NCBI GenBank assembly: GCA_964427735.1
Contig: CAYRUS010000001.1
Coordinates: forward strand, 226,173 to 290,172
From: an uncultured Gammaproteobacteria bacterium
GTDB lineage: Bacteria > Patescibacteriota > Microgenomatia > UBA8517
Reading direction: 5' to 3'
DNA length: 64,000 nucleotides
Made by a program: the position numbers and the translations under genes. A model generated the notes under the pieces. The model made no database searches and was not told the origin of the DNA. It was given only the letters and a program-made list of their open reading frames with translations. This document shows, in pieces, positions 29,586-37,515 of the stretch (positions are counted from its first letter, which is position 1; every line of letters starts with the position of its first letter).

Positions 29586-29936
29586 TCAAAATATCAAAAT
29601 TAATAGAGATGACATTATTATAATCGGAAAAATTAAGTGTAGTAAAAGTATGAAAAATAAACCACTATTTCCTTTATTGTAATATGTTTTATATAACAAT
29701 TCTGGAAAGCCAGTAGTAACAAAACCAGCCAGAAAGAAAATTACAGACACAACAACACCCACAGTCCGATAAGACGAATCACTAGTCAAAAGGATTGTGG
29801 CTTGTGAGAAAAAGTAATACTCAAAAGAGGTTGTATTTTTCTCGAAAAATTCTCCCAGAAGCTCGAATATATATGCCAGACCAAGAAAGAATCTTGCCAA
29901 TGGCCTGGTGAATGCTGATTTTGCGTGTTTTTCCAT
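29586..29936 (-). CDS. small membrane protein, hypothetical
   Basis: 116 aa with 3 predicted TM helices, convergent with the ATPase gene. Confidence 0.35.
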   Translation of the reverse strand: MEKHAKSAFTRPLARFFLGLAYIFELLGEFFEKNTTSFEYYFFSQATILLTSDSSYRTVGVVVSVIFFLAGFVTTGFPELLYKTYYNKGNSGLFFILLLHLIFPIIIMSSLLILIF

Positions 29937-30082
29937 ACTTTAATTATAATAAAAAGCCACATTACTGCACATTTTGAAATATGATTTCTTCAATACACAC
30001 ACCCTCCAGATGATATAGCTTCACACCCCTCACTTTTTGTAATCACAATTGACTGCTGGGACTGCACATAGTTTAATGAATT

Positions 30083-30445
30083 ATGGCATTGGATGGTGAA
30101 GATATGGATCAAATTGAAGAACTTTCAAGGAGTATTTCAGGAGCTAGAGAAGAGAGTTCAAGACGTAATCATGAAATTGAGTTAAGAATTTTAGAAAATG
30201 AGTTGGCATTGTTAGGTAATACTATTCGTGAACGGAAAGCTACAATTCCAGGGTATTCACGAGAACTTAATAATTTTATTAAACTAATTGCAAGTTTTAA
30301 AAAAGCACTTGATACAGAAATAAGAAATAAATATCCTTCAATAGATAGACATAGTTTCAGCATGAGATTTAATGAATTATATGAACCTGGAATTAATAAA
30401 ATTGATAAGCATGTGTTTAAAATAGCAACTACCGGAGGAAACTAA
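30083..30445 (+). CDS. hypothetical protein
   Basis: 120-aa ORF, charged and helical, sitting between the ATPase and the DUF262-HNH gene. Confidence 0.4.
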   Translation: MALDGEDMDQIEELSRSISGAREESSRRNHEIELRILENELALLGNTIRERKATIPGYSRELNNFIKLIASFKKALDTEIRNKYPSIDRHSFSMRFNELYEPGINKIDKHVFKIATTGGN

Positions 30446-30534
30446 TAATTATTCAAACTTCGTATGGTGTCCAACATCCTGTACTCTATTTATAAAATAA
30501 TTGACACTAATTATTTCATGAGTTTTAATTAAAT

Positions 30535-30795
30535 ATGACTGACACCAAAATGCTTCAAGCCATTCTTGATGGACAAAGAGCTATAAAAGAAGAGTTGAAA
30601 GATGATATAAACTCTGTTCGTAAAGAAGTCAATAGATTACATAAAAAAGCCGATGAAGGTTTCAGAATTGTTAATAACAGATTGGATAATATTGGAAAAA
30701 GTGTAGCTTTTCTTGAGGATGATGCTCCAACTCGTGAAGAACACAATAGACTGGAAAAACGAGTAATAAAAATTGAAAACAAGCTTCAAACTTAA
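30535..30795 (+). CDS. hypothetical coiled-coil protein
   Basis: 86 aa with heptad-like charged repeats, on the same strand as its neighbours. Confidence 0.4.
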   Translation: MTDTKMLQAILDGQRAIKEELKDDINSVRKEVNRLHKKADEGFRIVNNRLDNIGKSVAFLEDDAPTREEHNRLEKRVIKIENKLQT

Positions 30796-31091
30796 TCGAT
30801 TCACAACTCTAAAAACTATATCAACACTGTAGAAACTCCCTATAATTGCCTAAATATAGAGATATTCGGTATAATACAAGCAATTAGGAAAATTGGACTA
30901 AGTAAATTGTTTTTAAAAATTACATTAGTCATTGCGAGTGAAACAAAGCAATCCAGAGTATCAGCATAGAAAGCTTGATCGCAACGGAAGTTTTTCAAAC
31001 TCCTCGCGATGACAGGAGTAATTGTCATCCATGTTTTCCATGACAAGAGGAGTAAGTGTCGGTGAAGGAATAAGGCTATAAATTAATAAAT

Positions 31092-32195
31092 ATGAAAATT
31101 CAATTGCACAAATTAACAGTACGCGAAGTTGTAGATGGTTACGTTGACAATGATGAAGAAGGTGTTGTGGGGTTTGGTGGGAAGCTTGATATACGACCTA
31201 AGTATCAACGTGAATTTGTATATAAAGACAAACAACGTGATGCAGTTATTGATACCGTCAAAAATGGTTTTCCCTTAAATGTGATGTATTGGGTAGTGCG
31301 TGATGATGGTGGGTATGAAGTACTGGATGGACAACAAAGAACAATTAGCCTTGCCCAATATATAAATGGTGACTTTTCTGTTGAATTTAACGGCAGGCTA
31401 GCTATGTTTCACAACTTAACCACCGAGGAGCAAAACCAGATATTAGATTATGAGCTAATGATTTATTTCTGTGAAGGTACGGACAAGGAGAGGTTGGATT
31501 GGTTTAGGATAATTAACATAGCAGGAGAAAAGCTAACAGACCAAGAGTTAAGGAATGCTGTTTATACAGGTCCATGGCTAACCGATGCAAAGCTCAAATT
31601 CAGTAAAACAAATTGCGTAGCATACCTTCTGGCTACCGATGGTGGTACTCTACTTTCTGGCTCACCATTAAGACAGGAATACCTGGAAACTGCAATCTCC
31701 TGGATAAATAATGGTGAAATTGAAGAATATATGGCCATACATCAGCATGATGAAAACGCTGAGGAGCTTTGGAACTACTTCCAGGAACTGATTTCCTGGG
31801 TAAGAAAAACTTTCCCAAACTACAGAAAAGAGATGACAAACGTGAACTGGGGAGAGCTTTATAATCAATTTAAAAACGAGCAGTTTAATCCAGAAAAACT
31901 TGAGTCGGAAATCAAAGTCTTGATGCAGGACGAGGATGTTACCAGAAAGTCTGGTATTTACCCTTATGTCCTAACAAGAAAAGAAAAGTTTTTAAACATC
32001 AGAGCATTTACAGACAAGATGAAACGGGAAGCTTTTGAGAGGCAAAACGGTATTTGCCCCTTTTGTAAAAATACGTTTGAGTTGGAAGAAATGGAAGCTG
32101 ATCATATCACCCCATGGCACGAAGGTGGAAAAACAGTTTCAGAAAACTGCCAAATGCTTTGCAAAGAAGACAATAGAACAAAGGCAGGAAAGTAA
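31092..32195 (+). CDS. DUF262 (ParB-like, DGQQR) - HNH endonuclease fusion, GmrSD-like candidate type IV restriction/defense nuclease
   Basis: N-terminal PKYQREFVY...LDGQQRTISL is the DUF262 hallmark. The C-terminal CPFCKN...ADHITPWHEGG...NCQMLCKEDNRTK is an HNH His-Me finger with two Cys pairs. Confidence 0.75.
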   Translation: MKIQLHKLTVREVVDGYVDNDEEGVVGFGGKLDIRPKYQREFVYKDKQRDAVIDTVKNGFPLNVMYWVVRDDGGYEVLDGQQRTISLAQYINGDFSVEFNGRLAMFHNLTTEEQNQILDYELMIYFCEGTDKERLDWFRIINIAGEKLTDQELRNAVYTGPWLTDAKLKFSKTNCVAYLLATDGGTLLSGSPLRQEYLETAISWINNGEIEEYMAIHQHDENAEELWNYFQELISWVRKTFPNYRKEMTNVNWGELYNQFKNEQFNPEKLESEIKVLMQDEDVTRKSGIYPYVLTRKEKFLNIRAFTDKMKREAFERQNGICPFCKNTFELEEMEADHITPWHEGGKTVSENCQMLCKEDNRTKAGK

Positions 32196-32255
32196 ATTTC
32201 CAGTTTAAAAAACTATTTTTATGGTAACTTTACTCCCCCCTGATACTAGATAATG

Positions 32256-32954
32256 TTAACGTCTTCTACTTTTTCTGATTTTCAACGTATCCTGCAGAGA
32301 AAAGACCAACATGGCAGCAAGTTCCGGGGTCAACATTGATAATTCGATCAAACTTTTCTTGAGAGAGTTTAATATTTCAGTGTTACCTCTTAATAGTTTC
32401 CCATTTAATAATGCAGAAGCTAGTTCAAAGTCGCTTGCAATTTCATCGGCATGTTTCTGAATATAGTCTAAATTTCCACTGTTCAAAGCTTCACAGTGTT
32501 CTTTAATTCTCTCCAAGGAGACATAATTCATATGCCCACCTTCACCTATTTCTTCCCAGACTTTATCTAGTTTGTTAGTCCAACTTGTAGAAAGTTCATG
32601 TACTACAGAATTATCATGATATGTAAAGAGACCAATATCATAATCCATATTTTTAGGATCCCCATAAATAAGTGAACCATAAACAATTACGTTTAGCCCA
32701 AAAGCATCAATCCAGTCTGACTCTTCTTTAATGAATTTATCTAAAATATTCCACCCTTTCTGAACCTGCTTACTGCTCTTTTCCTTTGGAACCTCAAAAT
32801 CTTTAAGCCGACGTAAATTTTGAGATAACATGTTTATTACTTTTTCAGCAGGATGTCCTATCAATTCTTCGATATCAGCGATTTCATTTTTTCCATAATA
32901 CAGATTCTCTCTTAGTTTGTTCAAATAAACCTTCTTTGGATTTCCTCTTTCCAT
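32256..32954 (-). CDS. nucleotidyltransferase-domain protein (Pol-beta superfamily)
   Basis: VIVYGSLIYGDPKNMDYDIGLF matches the hG[GS]x9-13DhDh signature. It is the last gene of the minus-strand sortase array. Confidence 0.5.
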   Translation of the reverse strand: MERGNPKKVYLNKLRENLYYGKNEIADIEELIGHPAEKVINMLSQNLRRLKDFEVPKEKSSKQVQKGWNILDKFIKEESDWIDAFGLNVIVYGSLIYGDPKNMDYDIGLFTYHDNSVVHELSTSWTNKLDKVWEEIGEGGHMNYVSLERIKEHCEALNSGNLDYIQKHADEIASDFELASALLNGKLLRGNTEILNSLKKSLIELSMLTPELAAMLVFSLQDTLKIRKSRRR

Positions 32955-32963
32955 ATTATTATT

Positions 32964-33482
32964 TCACCTACTTAAATCTATATTCCTCTGCACAAAGGGA
33001 GAAAAATAACCCTTGTATTTTTCCTGAAGTTCAGGTCTTTTCCAATCGTGATTAGTAACTTCTCTCCTACAATTTGCACTTTCACAAGTACATTCAAACA
33101 AAATTCTTTTTTCTGTCTTTTGTGAACAAGTCATCACATAATCAAATGTTATTTCTTCACCAGACTTAATATCTCTCATAGCCACTAGCATTATTTGTCC
33201 AAAAATACCAGCATTTGGTTCACAAGAATGATTAAACCAATCAGCATCATCTGTTTCAGAAACATCTTTTGGTCCTATGAACATATCTTCGTCAATTCCA
33301 AGAGCAAGATATCTAACACTTTCTGGCAACATGTCTCTTTCACTTCTTTCCATAATATGACCGCCAAATACAGCTATTAGTTCGTCCTTTTTGATATCTT
33401 CTTTTGCAAACACACCAGTACCATGAGATTCTGAGGTTCTTGGATCACACTTATTACTTAACCAGTTGTTTTTTAAGATCAT
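32964..33482 (-). CDS. SET-domain protein (putative lysine methyltransferase) with a Cys-rich post-SET region
   Basis: GTGVFAKEDIKKDELI...NHSCEPN...GEEITFDY are the SET motifs. CTCESANC follows as a post-SET cysteine cluster. Confidence 0.75.
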   Translation of the reverse strand: MILKNNWLSNKCDPRTSESHGTGVFAKEDIKKDELIAVFGGHIMERSERDMLPESVRYLALGIDEDMFIGPKDVSETDDADWFNHSCEPNAGIFGQIMLVAMRDIKSGEEITFDYVMTCSQKTEKRILFECTCESANCRREVTNHDWKRPELQEKYKGYFSPFVQRNIDLSR

Positions 33483-33486
33483 ACTT

Positions 33487-34044
33487 TTACTTTCTTTTTG
33501 CTACAACAATAAGCCGCATACTATCATTAAAACCAGTGCAGGTATATAAAGTTAAAGTCTCATCTTCTGTGGGAGCAATAACTTCTAATTCATTTGGGTA
33601 AACTTCTTTAATCTCTTGGACTTCATAGTCAAACCAATCATCATCAGTCATAATATAAATTTCTGTTCCAAGCTGTACTTCCCTTAAAGGTAAAAAAAGT
33701 CCCTCCCTAGCGTGGGCAAAGACCACTTGATTACCCACTTCTCCAGGATAACCTGAACCTTCTCCCCAACCCGCAGAATCAGAAAACACCTCCCAATATC
33801 CATTAACAATTCTAGATCTTTTAATATCTAAGTTGACACCTAAATTAGGAATAACAACTTTGATAGGAGATTTTTTCTCCTCATCAATTTCCATTTCAAA
33901 TCCAGACACCTCAACTGGTTCTTCTTTAAAAGTGTATTCAGCAGAGACATCTGTTGTACTTTCTGGAAAATGACCTAAAAATAATATTCCGCCTAAAACA
34001 AGAAGAGCAATCCCAAAACCGATCTTTCCCCATTTCATAGGCAT
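33487..34044 (-). CDS. sortase family transpeptidase
   Basis: N-terminal TM anchor, His in VVFAHAREG, catalytic Cys in TLYTCTG (the TLxTC motif), and a downstream Arg (RLIVVAKRK). Confidence 0.75.
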   Translation of the reverse strand: MPMKWGKIGFGIALLVLGGILFLGHFPESTTDVSAEYTFKEEPVEVSGFEMEIDEEKKSPIKVVIPNLGVNLDIKRSRIVNGYWEVFSDSAGWGEGSGYPGEVGNQVVFAHAREGLFLPLREVQLGTEIYIMTDDDWFDYEVQEIKEVYPNELEVIAPTEDETLTLYTCTGFNDSMRLIVVAKRK

Positions 34045-34082
34045 ATTTTAACATCAAAGGAGCATTTTTCTAGTCTAAAACT

Positions 34083-35255
34083 TTATGCAGGAAGTTCTTC
34101 CTCTGCAAAAGTTTTACCAATTACAGTAAGACCTAATGTAAGGAAAAGTAGCCCTGCCCAAAAAATCAAAGGGTTATCAGTAGGAACACCACTTGTAGGA
34201 GATAAACCTAAAACTTCACCAACTTTTTTAGAAACATCTGCTGCCGCAATAATCAATCCTCCTCCTGGTTTGTCTTCTTCTTCGCCATTTCCATTTTCCC
34301 CTCCGTTACCAGGGTTTTCTTCTCTTGGTTTTTCTGGCTCACCATCACCAGGAACAACTACCTTACAACAAGGAACCAGTACATTGCCAAAATTTATTTT
34401 TTCGTTTTTAATCAAGAAATTAAAATCAATATCACCTGTAGCAATACTTACATCACCAATATTATTTTTGGCTATATTTTTACCTGTATTTAGACTCCAA
34501 TTAGCATTATTATAAATATCTGCATTGAAATCAGTATTTATGTTGAATAAGTCTATATGTGTTAGAGTTACATGATTGACAGAATATGCCCCGTTCCCAT
34601 TAATAACTATATTATTTGACGAGCTATTTTTGGCTACTTCTATATCTGAAGTATTAATTCTTTTGTTGACTACTGCACCGTAAACTTTTATATTTCCTGT
34701 TTTAATGTTTACATCTCCATTGTTTCCAGATACTTTATTGTAACCTGTATTAGCATTACCATTTATGTTATTTGTAATGTTTGCATTTTGAGATACATTA
34801 ACATCAGTTACATTCTTTTTATCTGAATTAACAGCATTGTGAGAATTACTACCATTATTTGATACATTTATAGATGAACCCTTGTCTGTACAGCACTCTT
34901 CCTTTACGGTTGAGTGGTTGGCCTCGTTAACAACTTCAATATTTTGACTGGAATCACCTGTTACAATTGTAGATTCACCATTTGTTGTATTGTTGATTTC
35001 ATTTCCACCTGTGTTTGTTGTTGTAGAGATATTGTTTTCAATGTCTACTGAATTTGATTGCTCAACCGTAGTTGATGATCCAGAAGTAACATTGACTTCG
35101 TTACTGGATCCACTGCCATTATCTGAAATTACTATTTCTTCTGCCATTGCAATCACGCTTGGCTCTGGAGAGACGAAAATAAATGTTCCAGATACAATAA
35201 CACTTGCTATAAGTAAATGAGCTAATATTTGTTTTGCAAAATCTTTAATGAACAT
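34083..35255 (-). CDS. secreted Asn/Thr/Gly-rich repeat surface protein (paralog A) with C-terminal TM tail
   Basis: Signal peptide, repeated N-x-N-x-x-TG-x-N/TGD motifs, CC dipeptides, and a C-terminus of ...EVLGLSPTSGVPTDNPLIFWAGLLFLTLGLTVIGKTFAEEELPA (LSPTSG plus hydrophobic tail). Confidence 0.6.
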   Translation of the reverse strand: MFIKDFAKQILAHLLIASVIVSGTFIFVSPEPSVIAMAEEIVISDNGSGSSNEVNVTSGSSTTVEQSNSVDIENNISTTTNTGGNEINNTTNGESTIVTGDSSQNIEVVNEANHSTVKEECCTDKGSSINVSNNGSNSHNAVNSDKKNVTDVNVSQNANITNNINGNANTGYNKVSGNNGDVNIKTGNIKVYGAVVNKRINTSDIEVAKNSSSNNIVINGNGAYSVNHVTLTHIDLFNINTDFNADIYNNANWSLNTGKNIAKNNIGDVSIATGDIDFNFLIKNEKINFGNVLVPCCKVVVPGDGEPEKPREENPGNGGENGNGEEEDKPGGGLIIAAADVSKKVGEVLGLSPTSGVPTDNPLIFWAGLLFLTLGLTVIGKTFAEEELPA

Positions 35256-35264
35256 ATTAATTAT

Positions 35265-37397
35265 TTAAGACTTAACTCCAACTAGGACTTTTTTGAGTTT
35301 ATCCAGTCCATAATATGCTCCTGCGAGGACTATAAATGTAAAAGGTAAAGCAAGGTTAATAGTTACCTTCTTTTTATCGCTTTGTGTACCTAAGACAGAA
35401 GGTTTTGAATCACTCTCACCTGCTAGAGCTAATTTATCTCCAGGATCATTATCAACATTTAGATTGCTAACTGCTGATAAATAATTTTTCTCAGATTTTT
35501 TATTGTTGGTATCATCAGTAGATAGAGTATTTATAACTGCAAGGTAATCTCCTTCTGCATCCAAAGAAACACTTGTATCATTTACAAAACTGCTTTGTGA
35601 TTCTGTATGAGAATTTGATGTATTGCCTCCTATTGCTTTATCAGTTGAATTATTACCTTTATCTGAATTATTATTTGCTTCCCCTTGTACAAAATCACCA
35701 ATCCAACTTCCGAAGACGTTAATTACATTTACGAATAGTCTTCCCCCTCCAGTAATGTTTGTATTTACAAAATTAACAATGTTAGCAACAATGTTCGCAT
35801 CACCTGTTTTTATTGTACTGTTCCCGCCTGTATTATAGTTTGCATCATTTCCGCCTGTGTTTGCAGATAACTGAAGGTTATTTCCGACATTGGCATTATT
35901 TACTTGGGTAATGTAGTTGTTATTTTCAATGTTAGCCTCACCTGTATTTGTACTACCTGCACCGTTACCAGAGTTTACTAACTTGACGTCTCCGCTTTCT
36001 GATACATCAAACTCTAAGTCTTCTGAACTTGCAACAGAACCGTCAAAGCCCATTATTTTACCAATCCATTTTCCGGCTTCATTTACTAGTACTAAAAACC
36101 AATCTCCTGAGACAAAATTCATATTTCCAAAGTTAACTACGCTAGCTTCAACATTTGTGTCTCCTGTCACTACAGTACTGTTTCCGCCTGTATTAAAACT
36201 TGCATTATTGTTCCCTGTAGTTGCATCAATTACCAATGTATTGTCAATATCAGCATTATTAAACTGAGTTATATTGTTGTTATTTTCTATATTAGCCTCA
36301 GTTGTATTATCAGAATTTGTACCGTTTCCTGTATTTTTAACTGTGGTGTCTGCAGTACAGCACATTGATGATGGGAATATTATATTACCGATCAAATCAC
36401 CAAATACATTAACCACTGCATAAATAACCCCGCCTTCTACATTAGTGTTTGTAAAGTTAAGCACATTTGCTGCCACATTTGCGTCACCTGTAATAATTAC
36501 ATTATCTCCTCCTGTATTAAAGCTTGTGTCGTTGTATCCAGAGTTTGCCGTAAGAACCATTGTGTTATTTAGGTTTGCATTATTTACTTGAGTTGTATCA
36601 TTGTTATTTGTAACCTGGACACTTCCCGTGTTTTCGCTGTTTGCTCCGTTTCCTTCATTTGAAATATCAACTGTTCCCACACATCCGTACACACATGTGC
36701 CTTTTGAAAAATCTAACACATAATCACCTGATTGATTGTCCATAATATTAAATTCATAAACACTAACTCCTGCTAGATTTGAATTCAAAAAGTTAATTAT
36801 TGTTCCTGTGGAATTTGCATTACCAGTTACAATTACATTGTCTCCCCCTGTATTAAAGCTAGCAGAATTACCACCTGTAGAAGTGGAGATATCCATATTG
36901 TTGTTCACATCTGCATTATTTGTTTGAGTTGTATTTGAGTCATTAACAACATTGACAGAACCATTATTTTCGCTGTTTGCTCCGTTAGCTTCATTAGCAA
37001 CAGATACACTTGGACCGCTTGTTGTTGTAGCTACACCAGTACCTCCACTAGCATTCTGATTGGCAATATTAATGAGTGATCCGTTTGCATTTGCATCTGA
37101 TGTATTTATAGATGAATCTCCCTGCTGTCCGTTTTGAGATTCCCCACCAGATGAGACAGTTGGTTTACTTTCTGATGAAGGTAGTGGCGATTCTGGTGTT
37201 GAGTTGTCAGAATTGTTGTTATTGTGCACAGGAGGCGGAGTTGGTGTAGATGGTGGTGTTGGTTTTGGCGGTGCTGTTGGTGTTGGTGGTGGTGTTGAAT
37301 TTGTTTGAGCCATAACACTACCCATAGGTGAAGTAGCAACAAGCATCGCTACTGTTACTATAACTGCTATCTGTTTTTTGTAATTTACTTTTATCAT
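35265..37397 (-). CDS. secreted repeat surface protein (paralog B), 710 aa, with Pro/Thr linker and four ~80-aa repeats
   Basis: Signal peptide, then a PPTPTAPPKPTPPSTPTPPP linker, then four repeats of pattern NxGNGxxSxN...TQxNNAxxxN...TGxNxAxFNTGG...TGDANV...NFxNxN. C-terminal hydrophobic segment plus KKVLVGVKS. Confidence 0.65.
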   Translation of the reverse strand: MIKVNYKKQIAVIVTVAMLVATSPMGSVMAQTNSTPPPTPTAPPKPTPPSTPTPPPVHNNNNSDNSTPESPLPSSESKPTVSSGGESQNGQQGDSSINTSDANANGSLINIANQNASGGTGVATTTSGPSVSVANEANGANSENNGSVNVVNDSNTTQTNNADVNNNMDISTSTGGNSASFNTGGDNVIVTGNANSTGTIINFLNSNLAGVSVYEFNIMDNQSGDYVLDFSKGTCVYGCVGTVDISNEGNGANSENTGSVQVTNNNDTTQVNNANLNNTMVLTANSGYNDTSFNTGGDNVIITGDANVAANVLNFTNTNVEGGVIYAVVNVFGDLIGNIIFPSSMCCTADTTVKNTGNGTNSDNTTEANIENNNNITQFNNADIDNTLVIDATTGNNNASFNTGGNSTVVTGDTNVEASVVNFGNMNFVSGDWFLVLVNEAGKWIGKIMGFDGSVASSEDLEFDVSESGDVKLVNSGNGAGSTNTGEANIENNNYITQVNNANVGNNLQLSANTGGNDANYNTGGNSTIKTGDANIVANIVNFVNTNITGGGRLFVNVINVFGSWIGDFVQGEANNNSDKGNNSTDKAIGGNTSNSHTESQSSFVNDTSVSLDAEGDYLAVINTLSTDDTNNKKSEKNYLSAVSNLNVDNDPGDKLALAGESDSKPSVLGTQSDKKKVTINLALPFTFIVLAGAYYGLDKLKKVLVGVKS

Positions 37398-37458
37398 TTT
37401 ATTAATTTTTTATAATCTTATTTTTTTATTTTTTCTTTTAAATTTTTGTTTTGGTTAA

Positions 37459-37499
37459 GTAGGGGTATCCACCGAAGTGCGGGTAGACAATCACCCTAC
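37459..37499 (-). other. stable stem-loop with UUCG tetraloop (minus-strand RNA) between surface-protein paralogs C and B
   Basis: GTAGGG...CCCTAC outer stem enclosing CAC-TTCG-GTG on the minus strand. It sits 17 nt after the stop of 37516..38778 and is not followed by a U-tract. Confidence 0.35.
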
Positions 37500-37515
37500 T
37501 GTTCCAAAACTTCCA

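Noticed and set aside
35623-36267. Plus-strand ORFs within the surface-protein genes (71 aa, 116 aa; also 34270-34515, 34990-35220, 38007-38359)
   Set aside because: They are antisense to the repeat proteins, and the repetitive codons generate long open antisense frames. No support as genes.
34083-37397. Calling paralogs A and B bona fide LPXTG sortase substrates
   Set aside because: Neither C-terminus contains LPXTG or LAXTG. Only LSPTSG and VLGTQSD followed by a hydrophobic tail are present, so substrate status remains a hypothesis.
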